From Candidatus Peribacteria bacterium (GTDB taxonomy: Bacteria > Patescibacteriota > Gracilibacteria > UBA1369 > 2-02-FULL-48-14): 64,000 bases of DNA. A model generated the notes under the pieces. It did not search any database. It saw only the letters and a list, made by a program, of their open reading frames with translations, and had not been told where the DNA came from. Positions within the stretch are counted from its first letter, which is position 1, and each line of letters starts with the position of its first letter. The stretch lies in contig CALRGE010000001.1 in the NCBI GenBank assembly GCA_943357175.1, forward strand, positions 65,232 to 129,231, written 5' to 3'. This document shows, piece after piece, positions 34,531 through 44,524 of this stretch. The position numbers were made by a program, and so were the translations under genes.

Positions 34531-35420
34531 TGGATTTACTCAGCTTTTTAGAATCTAAAGGAGCGGAACCCGGATTGGCGAAACTGATCGTTGCGCTAGG
34601 AGATGCTTGCAAAATTATTGGAGGCGAGTTGCGTGAATCACTACATTCAAAACACCTTGGAACAATCAATGCGACCGGTGATGATCAAATTGCAATGGAT
34701 GTTAGATCTGATGCAATAATTGCTGAACATATGCGAGCTTGTCCTTCTGTACTATTGCTTGGTGGTGAAGAAATGGCAGAGCCTGAGAAAGTAAATCTAG
34801 ATGGTCGATACTCTGTATTTTGTGATCCACTCGATGGCTCAAGTTTGGCTGATGTGAATTTTTCTGTTGGAACGATTGCTGGAATTTATGAAGGCGAGGT
34901 GATTGGAAAAACCGGCCGAGATATGGTTGCGGCTTTGTATGCTGTTTACGGTCCAAAAACTACTTTGATTGTGACTGTGAAAAAAGGTGTTCACGAGTTT
35001 ATGCTCATAAAGGGCGAGTGGACATTAATTGAAGAGAGTTTACAGGTGGGAGAGGCGAAGTATTTTGCTTGCGGGAATTTGCGAGCTTGCGTTGAGAGAG
35101 CAGATTATTTGAAACTTGTTGAGAATTTCATTTTGAATAAATACACTCTGAGATATTCAGGTGGTATGGTGCCAGATATTAATCATATTTTGCATAAAGG
35201 CGGAGGAATTTTTACTTACCCAGGAATGCCGAGTAAGCCGGATGGCAAGTTGCGACTGCTGTTCGAGTGCGCGCCGATGTCTTTGATTATGGAAGAGGCT
35301 GGAGGTGCTTCTAGCAACGGAAAGATTCCTGTTCTTGATTTAGTGATTAATAATTATGAAGAAAGAACACCGATTTTTATTGGAAGCAAGTCGGAAGTAG
35401 AGAAATGCGCTGGATTTTAG
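34530..35420 (+). CDS. fbp: fructose-1,6-bisphosphatase class 1
   Basis: Contains GGEEM, DPLDGSS, FSVGTIAGIY, YSGGMVPDINHILHKGGGIFTYP and KLRLLFECAPMSLIMEEAGG. Confidence 0.9.
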   Translation: MDLLSFLESKGAEPGLAKLIVALGDACKIIGGELRESLHSKHLGTINATGDDQIAMDVRSDAIIAEHMRACPSVLLLGGEEMAEPEKVNLDGRYSVFCDPLDGSSLADVNFSVGTIAGIYEGEVIGKTGRDMVAALYAVYGPKTTLIVTVKKGVHEFMLIKGEWTLIEESLQVGEAKYFACGNLRACVERADYLKLVENFILNKYTLRYSGGMVPDINHILHKGGGIFTYPGMPSKPDGKLRLLFECAPMSLIMEEAGGASSNGKIPVLDLVINNYEERTPIFIGSKSEVEKCAGF

Positions 35421-35450
35421 TGTATGGTTTGTGGGTAAATCCACACCAAC

Positions 35451-35996
35451 ATGATCGACGAATTAGTTTTGCAGGCGCAAGCCGGCGACAAGGATGCTTT
35501 CGGTAAAATTTATGATCATTTCTTTGAGCAGATTTATCGATATGTTTTTTTCCGTGTAAACCAAGATGAAGTGGAAGATATTGTGGAGGCAACTTTTATA
35601 AAGGCTTGGGTTAATTTGGAGAAATACGAGAAAAGAGATTTTTCTTTTTCATCGTGGCTTTATAAAATCGCGCATAATGCGACGATAGATCATCACCGTT
35701 CACACAGGAAAATCGAACAGATTGATGAGAATATTAAAGATGAATCTGAAGAGGCCGAGCCAAAAAAATTGGCAGAGCAGGGGATTTTGAGCGGAAAAGT
35801 TAGAGATGCAGTTAATGAACTAAAAGAGCCGTATAGGCAAGTTGTTACTTTAAAATTTTTGAATGGTTTAAGCAATGCGGAAATTGCAGAAATTTTAGGG
35901 GAAAGGGAAGGTAACATTCGTGTTTTACAGTTCAGAGCATTGAAAGAACTCAAAAAACAGCTTGAAGAAAAGGGAATCAGTTCTGAAGCTCTGTAA
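35451..35996 (+). CDS. ECF-type sigma-70 family RNA polymerase sigma factor
   Basis: Region 2 is IYRYVFFRV..DEVEDIVEATFIKAW and WLYKIAHNATIDHHR. Region 4 is LSNAEIAEILGEREGNIRVLQFRALKELK. Confidence 0.85.
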   Translation: MIDELVLQAQAGDKDAFGKIYDHFFEQIYRYVFFRVNQDEVEDIVEATFIKAWVNLEKYEKRDFSFSSWLYKIAHNATIDHHRSHRKIEQIDENIKDESEEAEPKKLAEQGILSGKVRDAVNELKEPYRQVVTLKFLNGLSNAEIAEILGEREGNIRVLQFRALKELKKQLEEKGISSEAL

Positions 35997-36027
35997 CAAG
36001 TAGCGATTTAATACGTTTTAACTAGGC

Positions 36028-37797
36028 ATGATCAACGACGCAAAATCTCGGATATGGGCAAGGATGCAAGACAAGTTGCCGGATAGAGGCGTGGGCTTAT
36101 TGCGCTCTTCGAGCCTTGAAATCCCAAGGCTTCAAAAGGTTCAAATGAAAGAGCGACTTTTAGATTCGCTTCCTGATTTTGCACCGTCACTTTCTTATTC
36201 TGAAAAATTCAGCATGTTATTCAGGCAAAAGGCGGCATTTAGCATGCTTCTTCTGTCAGTTTTCTTTGTATTTGTTTTAGCGCCTACTCAAAGTGTGTCT
36301 GCAAGTTCAAATAATACTTTGGAGATTTCTCAGGGCACTGCTGTTATCACTCGCGGTAATGATAAAATTATTGTTACTGATGAAAGTTTGGTGATTCAAG
36401 GAGATAAGATTGAAATTGCAAATGACTCTATGGCGCATTTATATTTTGTTGATGATAGTCATATGACTCTTGGGCCAGGTACTATTTTAGCAGTTACGGA
36501 AGTTTATGTTCAGCCAGGTAATAAGGCTAGAACTGAAGTAGTTGTTGATCAATTTTCTGGTCGTGCATGGACTCAAGTTTTGAATATAGTCGGGAAGGAT
36601 TCTTTCTTTTCACATCGTTTTCCTGACGGAGAAATTTCAGTTAGCCAACGTGCATCTTTTGATGTTGATGTTGGAGTAGATTCAACAAGAATTGAAGTCG
36701 CGAGAAATTTGGTGGATGTTATGGTGAATGAGGGAGATCAAGTTTATACAGGAACTTTGGGTCAGGGAGTAAAAATGGAAACTGCTATTATTGTAACTTC
36801 TGAATTATCTGATGAAGAGAAAAATGATGTGTGGTGGAAGTTTAATTTGGCCTTCGAAAAATCTTATGCAAGGGTTGTTGATGAAAAATATAAAAAAGAG
36901 GCGATAGATAGAGTATTGATTCTGCCAGGAAATCCGCTTTATAAGTTGAAGACTTTTCAGGAACAAGTTCAGTTATTTGTAACTTTGTCTAAATCAGGTA
37001 AACAGGAATTGGCGGTGAAGAGAGCGCAAACAAGGTTAAATGAGGCTCAGTCTTTGATTGCTCAAGGCAAGAATGAGAATGTGGCTGAGACTTTGAGTAA
37101 TTATGAAGATGCTGTTAGTGAGGCGCTTGGGCTTGCAGGAGAAGAGCAAATTTTGGCTGATACTGAGGAAGTGCAAAAGCAAGTTTTAACTGCTCAAAAT
37201 ATAGATGCCGGAACTGAGCTTTTGAAATCTAGCGTATCACTTTCCGCATCTCAGAGTTTAAGCATGGTTTCAGATTTAATTGAGAATGGGAATTATGATT
37301 TGGCTATGCAGTATTTGACCAATTATAAAGATGAATCACATGCGATTTTGCTTGATTTGGAATCTGTTCCTCTAGAAAATAGGCAAGCTGTAATTATCAC
37401 ACTTCTTGATCAGAAACTTGCAGATTTACAGATGCTAAGAATACTTGCAGTTGATGTTGATGCTCAAACATTACAAGAGATGAGCATGATTATTTTGAGT
37501 CTTAGAGAGAGAGAAATGAATCATCTTTCTGATTTCTTTGCGGCTTCAGCAGATGATAAAGATGTTCAGTTGATGATTTATTCAAAGTTGAAAAACTCAA
37601 TTGATATTGATACAGAATTGCAAATTGGACTTTCTCAGGTTGAAGATCAGCTTTCAGGAAGTGGCTTAGTAGTTGATCTAACTGTTAGTGACGCACCGGT
37701 TGATCCTAGACTAAATGCCCATTCCGACGAGACCGAGAATCAATCCAACGGTAGCGAAGAGAGCGCCGATTATCCAGAAGCGCATAACGATTTGTGA
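36028..37797 (+). CDS. putative anti-sigma/regulatory membrane protein with FecR-like and DUF5667-like domains
   Basis: 589 aa. TM segment FSMLLLSVFFVFVLAP. FecR-like segment GTAVITRGNDKIIV...DKIEIANDSMAHLYFVDDSHMTLGPGT. DUF5667-like segment PGNPLYKLKTFQEQVQLFVT...RLNEA. Located immediately downstream of the ECF sigma gene. Confidence 0.6.
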   Translation: MINDAKSRIWARMQDKLPDRGVGLLRSSSLEIPRLQKVQMKERLLDSLPDFAPSLSYSEKFSMLFRQKAAFSMLLLSVFFVFVLAPTQSVSASSNNTLEISQGTAVITRGNDKIIVTDESLVIQGDKIEIANDSMAHLYFVDDSHMTLGPGTILAVTEVYVQPGNKARTEVVVDQFSGRAWTQVLNIVGKDSFFSHRFPDGEISVSQRASFDVDVGVDSTRIEVARNLVDVMVNEGDQVYTGTLGQGVKMETAIIVTSELSDEEKNDVWWKFNLAFEKSYARVVDEKYKKEAIDRVLILPGNPLYKLKTFQEQVQLFVTLSKSGKQELAVKRAQTRLNEAQSLIAQGKNENVAETLSNYEDAVSEALGLAGEEQILADTEEVQKQVLTAQNIDAGTELLKSSVSLSASQSLSMVSDLIENGNYDLAMQYLTNYKDESHAILLDLESVPLENRQAVIITLLDQKLADLQMLRILAVDVDAQTLQEMSMIILSLREREMNHLSDFFAASADDKDVQLMIYSKLKNSIDIDTELQIGLSQVEDQLSGSGLVVDLTVSDAPVDPRLNAHSDETENQSNGSEESADYPEAHNDL

Positions 37798-38808
37798 TTC
37801 CGGCCAACCGAGATATTCAAAGTGATGATGAATCGGCGCGATGTGGAAAACTTTTTTGCCGAAGATTTTTTTTGAGCTGAGCTGAATAATTACTGACAGA
37901 GTTTCGAAAACAAAAATAGCTGCAATGAATGGTAGAATTACTACGCCGTTTGTTAGCATTGCAATGACTCCAAGCGTTGCACCTAATGCAAGTGAGCCGG
38001 TGTCTCCCATGTAAAATTTTGCCGGTGGAATATTGAACCAAAGAAAAGCAAGTGTTGCTCCACAAATCAGCGCGCAAAAAGCTGCTAAAATATAAAGTCC
38101 GTGATAGTAGGCGAGTGTTCCAAATGCCCCGTATGCGATGATTGTGAGCCCCCCTGAGAGGCCGTCGAGGCCGTCAGTGATGTTGACTGCGTTAGCGGTA
38201 GCAACTATTACCAAAACAAAAAGTGGAATATACCAAAGCCCAATAGTGAAATCACCGATTCCCGGAAAGTGAATCATGTTGTATCCAAGTTTGAAATAAA
38301 ACCAAAGGCCACCCAAGAGAGCCAAAAGTATTAGCCAGAAAAACTTTGGTCTCACATTTAAGCCTTTTGATTTTCCCCAACCTTTTATGTTGAAGTAGTC
38401 GTCTACTGCGCCAAGCAGAGCCACGCTGACTAGAGTAATTATTGGCAAGTAGGTTTCATTTCTGTTGATGAGCGAGTGCTCAAACACTCCGATGTAAGAA
38501 AGAAATCGTGAGAGTAAGATAACAATTAGTGTGCTGCCCCAGATTAAAATTCCACCCATTGTTGGAGTGCCCGATTTTTTTTCGTGAAGGCTGTTGTATA
38601 GTTTTGCATCTTCTCCATCTCTTATTGTTTTTCCGATTTTGTGTTTTATCAGAAGATTTATGAAAGGTTTTGCAAGGCTGATTGCCACAGTGAAACCTAA
38701 AAATCCAGACCCTACGATCAAAATAATTCTTCTGACAGTTTCAGTTATTGGAAACATATTTTCAAACATATGCGCGAATTCTACCAGATATAGGCTCTGT
38801 AAATCCAA
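37711..38808 (-). CDS. mraY: phospho-N-acetylmuramoyl-pentapeptide-transferase MraY
   Basis: Contains GTPTMGG, VDDYFNIKG, NAVNITDGLDGL, GDTGSLALG and APIHHHFE. Confidence 0.95.
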   Translation of the reverse strand: MDLQSLYLVEFAHMFENMFPITETVRRIILIVGSGFLGFTVAISLAKPFINLLIKHKIGKTIRDGEDAKLYNSLHEKKSGTPTMGGILIWGSTLIVILLSRFLSYIGVFEHSLINRNETYLPIITLVSVALLGAVDDYFNIKGWGKSKGLNVRPKFFWLILLALLGGLWFYFKLGYNMIHFPGIGDFTIGLWYIPLFVLVIVATANAVNITDGLDGLSGGLTIIAYGAFGTLAYYHGLYILAAFCALICGATLAFLWFNIPPAKFYMGDTGSLALGATLGVIAMLTNGVVILPFIAAIFVFETLSVIIQLSSKKIFGKKVFHIAPIHHHFEYLGWPESQIVMRFWIIGALFATVGLILGLVGMGI

Positions 38809-39638
38809 TCGAGAAGGATTTTTGTATCGTAGAAACGGTTTTGACTACCAAGTACTACGATTAAAACTTCCTTTCCCGCAGAATTCTCCGCCAAAGTAAC
38901 TAAGCATTCGCCTGCGGCATCCGTTCGTCCGGTTTTTATTCCCTTAATTCCCATTTGTCCCAAAAGAGTGTTTGTATTCTCAAGTTTGTGGCCCGCAATT
39001 TCAGCCTCTTTTAGGTTAACTATTTGCCTTATCGTGTTGTCGCGAATAAGGTAAGAAGCTAGCAATGCCAGGTCGTGAGGAGTTGAATAACTTTCGCCAT
39101 TGTCGAGTCCTGTAGAATTTGTATATTGAGTTTGATCAAGGCCCAAAAGTTTTGCCTTTGCATTCATTTTTTGCACGAAGATTTTTTCTGTGCCGGCGTT
39201 ATATTCCGCAAGTGCAACTGCTGCGTCGTTACCTGAAGGAATCAGTAAACCATAAAGTAAATTTTTCACAGTAATTTTCTCTCCTGATCTTAGGCCCATT
39301 CTTGAACCTGTCATTGCTGCTGAGTTGGGGCTAATCGTAACCATTGCGTCTGGATCTTCTTCATCTAATGCAATGTATGCAGTCATCAGTTTTGTGAGGC
39401 TTGCGATTGGCAGTTTAAGATCACTATTTTTTTGAAATAGTATTGTTTGAGATTCGAGATCGATTGCGATTATTGATGTGGCAGACATTGCAGCAGGCGA
39501 AACTAATTCTGCTTGTTTGATTGGAATTGAAGCAACAGAAAGAAGGCTATTCTCTTTGAAGCTGCCATAGTTGTTGCTACTAATACCGCCTAAACTCAAA
39601 GTGCTGGCGAGTAATAAAGAGATTAGGCTTTTAAACAT
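38781..39638 (-). CDS. serine-type D-Ala-D-Ala carboxypeptidase (PBP5/6-like, S11 family)
   Basis: Signal peptide, then SLTK (SxxK), SGND (SxN) and KTGRT (KTG). Confidence 0.85.
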   Translation of the reverse strand: MFKSLISLLLASTLSLGGISSNNYGSFKENSLLSVASIPIKQAELVSPAAMSATSIIAIDLESQTILFQKNSDLKLPIASLTKLMTAYIALDEEDPDAMVTISPNSAAMTGSRMGLRSGEKITVKNLLYGLLIPSGNDAAVALAEYNAGTEKIFVQKMNAKAKLLGLDQTQYTNSTGLDNGESYSTPHDLALLASYLIRDNTIRQIVNLKEAEIAGHKLENTNTLLGQMGIKGIKTGRTDAAGECLVTLAENSAGKEVLIVVLGSQNRFYDTKILLDWIYRAYIW

Positions 39639-39641
39639 AAT

Positions 39642-40394
39642 TTAGGATAAAGCTTTTTGTATTTCCTCTTCTGACAGTTCTTTCCATTCTCCGGGTTTGA
39701 GACCGGTTAATTGCAATCTGCCGATTGCTGTTCTGCATAAATATAACACGGGAAAACCAAGCGAATCCATAAGCCGACGAATTTGTCGCTTGCGCCCTTC
39801 GCTGAGTATCAGTCTAATCTTTCCAGGTGCGAGTATTTCAAAATCAATCGGGTTCAGTATTTTGTCATCTAGCTGCATTTTTCCTGATTTTAGTGGGAGC
39901 AAATCTTCCTTAGTTGGCTTGCCTCGAACTTGAATTTCATAAGTTTTTGTATGCCCGAATTTAGGATGGGTTAGCCGAAAAATTAAATCACCGTCGCCAC
40001 TTAAAATCACTATTCCTTCACTGTCTTTATCGAGCCTTCCTGCATAGTTTAAATGACTTAGTGGCTCAGGTATAAGCTGCATTATATTTTCAGGGTTGTG
40101 CGGATCTTCTTTACTACAAACATAGCCTTTCGGTTTGAAGAGCAGAAGTGTTGTTTTCATTTTTGATTCAACTTTCTTGTCGTCGATTCGTAGTTCACAA
40201 TCATCTGGAAATTTCTCACCGAGTTTACTAATGATTATGCCGTCAACTTTAACTCTGCCAGCCAAAATCAGTTCCTCTGCTTTTCTGCGAGAGCAATAAT
40301 CGCGATTTGCGATAATTTTCTGAAGCCTACTGGTAGAAGTAACTTGCATAGAATTTTGCCGGATCGGCGTTGTAGAATTCCAAAAAATCTTCAC
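39642..40394 (-). CDS. pseudouridine synthase, RsuA/RluB family, with S4 domain
   Basis: S4 domain RLQKIIANRDYCSRRKAEELILAGRVKVDG. Catalytic segment GRLDKDSEGIVILSGDG. The likely true start is the internal MQVTSTSRLQK. Confidence 0.85.
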   Translation of the reverse strand: MKIFWNSTTPIRQNSMQVTSTSRLQKIIANRDYCSRRKAEELILAGRVKVDGIIISKLGEKFPDDCELRIDDKKVESKMKTTLLLFKPKGYVCSKEDPHNPENIMQLIPEPLSHLNYAGRLDKDSEGIVILSGDGDLIFRLTHPKFGHTKTYEIQVRGKPTKEDLLPLKSGKMQLDDKILNPIDFEILAPGKIRLILSEGRKRQIRRLMDSLGFPVLYLCRTAIGRLQLTGLKPGEWKELSEEEIQKALS

Positions 40395-41670
40395 CTAATG
40401 TAATTACTATTGATGTGTCTTCGTCTTCTGGGCTGATCATTTCTCCTGGTACTAATTCATTCAATAAATTATATGTTTCTTCATCACTTCTAATTGTGGT
40501 TTTTGCCAAATCTTTTTCTTCGGCATTCCCGTGCCCAACCACATTGAATCCATATCGTTTAAGATAAAGTTTCACGTCGACAGCAAGACCTTCTGTTCCG
40601 GTTGCGTTAAGAACTGTAATAGGGATTTGTTTTATAAATATTTCTTGATCGAAAAGGAATAGTCTCGCGAATTGTTTAAACTCTGTGTAGTCACCGTATA
40701 CAGGAATTAAAACAGATGCCCCGCCATAGAGGTTTCTATCTGGTGTATAAACGAAACCAGCCGTTTTATGAGCTTCGTCGCTAATCACTTGTTGCAGGAT
40801 TGAATCACGGTCGAATTGCTCTGAAATTTTTGCCAAATAAATCATTTCAGTTGTCGTCATGTTTGTTTCAAAATTGCTTGAAATTGCAGAATACAGGTTT
40901 TTAATTTTTACCGGATTCAGAAGGAATCCTATGCTAATTGCTTTATCTTTCATTGCCACCAAAATTTCTTGCTGTCTCTTTGCGCGTTCAAAATCTGAAC
41001 TTGTTTCTCTGCTTCTTGCATATTTTAGTGCTGTCGTTCCATTGAGGGTTTGAGTTCCGGCTTTAATGTAAAGTGGGTCGTAAGTATGTGATGAGCCGTC
41101 TGGTGCAGGATAAAATTGATCAATTAAGTTTTCAGTAGGGCTAACCTCAACACCGCCAAGTGCATCAACAACTTCCACGAATCCTTTGAAATCAACTTTT
41201 GCATAATACTGAATCTTAATCTCATAAATATCTTCCATTTGCTGGATCAAAACGCGCATTGCTTCTGCTTTGTCATCATTCTTATCTAGAATAAATTGAT
41301 AAACTCCGTTCAGCTTGCAGCTCCAACCCACCTCGAGATTATTTACATATAAGTCACGAGGAGTTGAAAGCATTGCGATACTTTTATTGCTGTTATCTAT
41401 TGAAGCAACCATGATCGTATCTGTTAGGTTAGATCCGTCGTGGCCTTCACCACCCACACCAAGTAAAAGTATGTTTGTGTGTCCATTCGCATCTTCTTTT
41501 GCATTTTGACTGACTGCGGAAAGCACTATCTGTCTAAGTGAAAAAGGATTGCCAGACATTATTGCACCGGCTACTCCTTTAACTGTAAGAAATCCTAATA
41601 TTAGCGCTAAAATTGTTAGCACTAGATGATGTTTGATCCAGTTTCCCGTGTTTTTTTCTTGTAAATCCAT
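40327..41670 (-). CDS. LytR-CpsA-Psr (LCP) family protein with a LytR_C-like C-terminal domain
   Basis: N-terminal TM segment. Contains NILLLGVGGEGHDGSNLTDTIMVASID and LSTPRDLYV. C-terminal segment ITVLNATGTEGLAVDVKLYLKRYGFNV. Confidence 0.85.
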   Translation of the reverse strand: MDLQEKNTGNWIKHHLVLTILALILGFLTVKGVAGAIMSGNPFSLRQIVLSAVSQNAKEDANGHTNILLLGVGGEGHDGSNLTDTIMVASIDNSNKSIAMLSTPRDLYVNNLEVGWSCKLNGVYQFILDKNDDKAEAMRVLIQQMEDIYEIKIQYYAKVDFKGFVEVVDALGGVEVSPTENLIDQFYPAPDGSSHTYDPLYIKAGTQTLNGTTALKYARSRETSSDFERAKRQQEILVAMKDKAISIGFLLNPVKIKNLYSAISSNFETNMTTTEMIYLAKISEQFDRDSILQQVISDEAHKTAGFVYTPDRNLYGGASVLIPVYGDYTEFKQFARLFLFDQEIFIKQIPITVLNATGTEGLAVDVKLYLKRYGFNVVGHGNAEEKDLAKTTIRSDEETYNLLNELVPGEMISPEDEDTSIVITLGEDFLEFYNADPAKFYASYFYQ

Positions 41671-41740
41671 AGCTAAGCAATTTTACTGAATTTCTCAAAA
41701 AATGAAAGTAAATTAATTCAGCTTTTTTTCAGGTCGTTTT

Positions 41741-43156
41741 GTGTATGTTAAGGTTATGCTTATTATTTTAGCTTCAATTTGTGGATTTTTTCTCGGCGTA
41801 ATTGCCGGAATTTTATGGCCTTTTTTGCAATTTTTTTATTTTCTACCTGCGATTCTCTTGCCTCGTAAGATTTTTATTTTCTTTTTCGTATCTTTTGCAT
41901 TTGGCATTTTTAGAGTTGATCTTTATGAATCTGATTTTCCGAATTTGCCTTTTGGTGAAATTGAGTTAATTGGAAAAGTCACTGAAGAGATAGACAAAAG
42001 GGAGGACTATCAAAATGTCTACTTTGAAACTGAGCTTGGAATAGTTTTAGTGAAGACTGATATTTTCAGGCAAATTTATTATGGCGACACTTTTTTAATT
42101 AGTGGAGAATTGGAAGCACCAAGTGATGAAGAGGGTTTTTCATATAAAAATTATTTGGCACGCTACGGCGTTTTTAGCCTTATAAAAAATCCAAAACTTC
42201 AGCTGCTTCAGCCAGCTCAGCCATCTTTTTTTCTGTATTTATATAAATTGAAGGCGCTTTTACAACTTAGAATAAACCAACTTTATCCTGAGCCAGAGGC
42301 TGCTTTTGTTTCTGGTCTACTTTTAGGAAGTAGAAAGGGAATGAGTGAAGATATTAGTGATGCTTTTAAAGCAGTTGGGCTAACTCATATCGTGGCGATT
42401 TCTGGCTATAATATTAGTTTGATTATTCTGCTTATTTTTTCTTCATTTTCTTTTGTACGATTAAAACTGCGCGTTATTTTGAGCATATTTTTAATCACAA
42501 TTTTTATTCTTCTTGTGGGCTTATCAGCAGCGGTTGTGAGGGCGGCAATAATGGGATTTCTGACGCTGTGGGCTCTGTATGGCGGAATGAAAAGTCAGGT
42601 TTATTTCGCACTTTTATGGTCCATGGTTTTTATGGTGCTTTTTAATCCATATATACTTTTTTATGATGTGGGTTTTCAACTTTCATTTGCATCCACTTTC
42701 GGCCTCATTTCATTCTCAGCAGTTTTGAAAAAATATTTCCCAAAAATGAACGAGTCATTAGCTTTAACATTATCAGCACAAATTTTAACCATACCTTTTA
42801 TTGCTTTCTCATTCGGTAGAATTTCAATTATTTCGCCATTAGCAAATTTAATTGTCGCGCCTTTCATTCCAATTGCGATGCTACTTAGCGGGCTTTCATT
42901 AATTTGCGGCAAAATTGTGGCATTGCCGGCGATTTTTTTTCTGGGCTTCGTTTTGGAGACTGCTCAGGTTTTAGCTAAAATACCATTAGCTACCTTAGAA
43001 ATTAAATTCGATTCTTTCCTTTTTGTTTTTTCTTTTGTAGTACTGGGGCGTTTTTTCCTTCAATTTTATAAACAAGAACTGGTGCGTGCGTTCCGTCCCG
43101 CGGAATTTTTTTATAAATCGGATAGGTCGGCATTTGAAAAGCATGAGAGACAATGA
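41741..43156 (+). CDS. comEC: ComEC/Rec2 family competence channel protein (no metallo-beta-lactamase domain)
   Basis: Polytopic membrane protein with AFKAVGLTHIVAISGYNISLI. Length is 471 aa. The 3' end overlaps the convergent methyltransferase gene. Confidence 0.8.
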   Translation: MYVKVMLIILASICGFFLGVIAGILWPFLQFFYFLPAILLPRKIFIFFFVSFAFGIFRVDLYESDFPNLPFGEIELIGKVTEEIDKREDYQNVYFETELGIVLVKTDIFRQIYYGDTFLISGELEAPSDEEGFSYKNYLARYGVFSLIKNPKLQLLQPAQPSFFLYLYKLKALLQLRINQLYPEPEAAFVSGLLLGSRKGMSEDISDAFKAVGLTHIVAISGYNISLIILLIFSSFSFVRLKLRVILSIFLITIFILLVGLSAAVVRAAIMGFLTLWALYGGMKSQVYFALLWSMVFMVLFNPYILFYDVGFQLSFASTFGLISFSAVLKKYFPKMNESLALTLSAQILTIPFIAFSFGRISIISPLANLIVAPFIPIAMLLSGLSLICGKIVALPAIFFLGFVLETAQVLAKIPLATLEIKFDSFLFVFSFVVLGRFFLQFYKQELVRAFRPAEFFYKSDRSAFEKHERQ

Positions 43157-43673
43157 ATGTGTTTGCTTTTAATTGTGGGACAACAATTTTTTCGAATTTT
43201 GCCATAGCGTGTGGTAATAAATAGCAGAAGATTATATCTGCATCGCTGAAGTTTTGATTCCAGATATTTCCGTATTTTATTTTTCCACCTCTCCAGAAAA
43301 TTGAGAGAAATTTTGCCCATAGATAAACAAGTGGGGAGTATTCGTATCCGACTGCTTTAGTGCTTCCCACTATGGCAGAAGCTTCGTGAACAAGCCTTCC
43401 ATCTCCGCATCCAAGATCATAAATTTTCATTCCCTTCTTTAAATTTGCAGCATCAATCATGCGCTTCACTTGTTTCATGTGTGTCGGTACAAATGGTGCG
43501 CCAATCATTGCGTATATAGTGGGGATTGCGATTATGGTAAAGACAATTAGTTCAATAGGACTAATGTGCTGAATCCGAAATACAGCATCGTGTAACATTT
43601 GGGCAAGGGTATAGAGTTCCATTGAAATTGATAAGTAAGATAGCTGCATGTAGGATACAAAAAAAGCCGCCAA
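43002..43673 (-). CDS. class I SAM-dependent methyltransferase with an N-terminal TM segment
   Basis: SAM motif I is MKIYDLGCGDGRLV. Hydrophobic segment IELIVFTIIAIPTIYAMIG. Confidence 0.7.
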   Translation of the reverse strand: MAAFFVSYMQLSYLSISMELYTLAQMLHDAVFRIQHISPIELIVFTIIAIPTIYAMIGAPFVPTHMKQVKRMIDAANLKKGMKIYDLGCGDGRLVHEASAIVGSTKAVGYEYSPLVYLWAKFLSIFWRGGKIKYGNIWNQNFSDADIIFCYLLPHAMAKFEKIVVPQLKANTFIVSHAFQMPTYPIYKKIPRDGTHAPVLVYKIEGKNAPVLQKKKQKGKNRI

Positions 43674-43740
43674 TGGTATACCTAATTATTCTGGCATTAC
43701 TCATGATCGGCTTTCCATATATTCTTAACGCCCTAATCAC

Positions 43741-44187
43741 ATGTTTCTCTTCAGAAGCGAAAAAAAACTCGGTCACAAACAAACGACGTTAGTCGGATTT
43801 GTTATAGCTGTAATGTCACTTTTAATAACAGCGATTATTGCTTACATGCCACCGCTGGTTATAGGCTTCCTATATAGAAGCGGGATTGGACATCTTGAAT
43901 TATATTTCATTTTGTTCAATGTTGTACTTTTCTTATCTCTACAGGCATTGGTACTTTTCGGATTCCCAATTTTCTATGCACAAGATAAAAAAGATCACAT
44001 GGCTGGATTCCAAATTTTACTTTACGGTTTAATGTGGATGATTATTTTATTTACAGCAGTGATTTTGGTTAGTTCTCAATTATTCTCAACTAAAACTCTT
44101 TCAGTTGATGACTTGCAAAGTGCACTAGGTGATCAAACTGAAGTTGTAGATATTGTAGCTCCTGAGACTACAGAAGAAACTAAGTAA
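43741..44187 (+). CDS. hypothetical polytopic membrane protein
   Basis: 148 aa with about four hydrophobic helices. An intrinsic terminator follows. Confidence 0.55.
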   Translation: MFLFRSEKKLGHKQTTLVGFVIAVMSLLITAIIAYMPPLVIGFLYRSGIGHLELYFILFNVVLFLSLQALVLFGFPIFYAQDKKDHMAGFQILLYGLMWMIILFTAVILVSSQLFSTKTLSVDDLQSALGDQTEVVDIVAPETTEETK

Positions 44188-44200
44188 AAATTTTAAAAAG

Positions 44201-44228
44201 TCCCGTGCGCAAAGGCGGGATTTTTTTT
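44201..44228 (+). terminator. rho-independent terminator
   Basis: TCCCG...CGGGA stem followed by T8 (44221-44228). Confidence 0.6.
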
Positions 44229-44274
44229 GTGCCAGCGCTTTAGCGCTTTTTAATAAACGTTTTCTGAGAAAACT

Positions 44275-44307
44275 CAAAAGAAAAAAGCTCTCACTAGGAG
44301 AGCTTTT
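44275..44307 (-). terminator. rho-independent terminator for the 44327-44524 gene (A/T-flanked, potentially bidirectional)
   Basis: AAGCTCTC-ACTAG-GAGAGCTT is a perfect 8-bp stem. A T-run follows on the minus strand (TTTTTTCTTTTG). Confidence 0.65.
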
Positions 44308-44326
44308 GTTCAGGTGCCAGTGGCAA

Positions 44327-44524
44327 CTATTTTTTCTTCAACATTGGAAGACCTGTTCTCTTGTTTTCCATCACAGCATATCCTGCTGGTAGAGCATCAA
44401 GAGCATCAGGCTTTGCTTTTCGAGCAAAGTAATAGATTTGCTGCTTTCTTCCACCACGAAGTGTTACCATCTTTCCGTGAAGGATATAAGCTTGACCCTT
44501 ACTATTGGTTATTGAGTAAGCCAT
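44327..44524 (-). CDS. small basic hypothetical protein
   Basis: 65-aa ORF (MAYSITNSKGQAYILHGKMVTLRGGRKQQIYYFARK...) bounded by a good terminator. Confidence 0.5.
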   Translation of the reverse strand: MAYSITNSKGQAYILHGKMVTLRGGRKQQIYYFARKAKPDALDALPAGYAVMENKRTGLPMLKKK

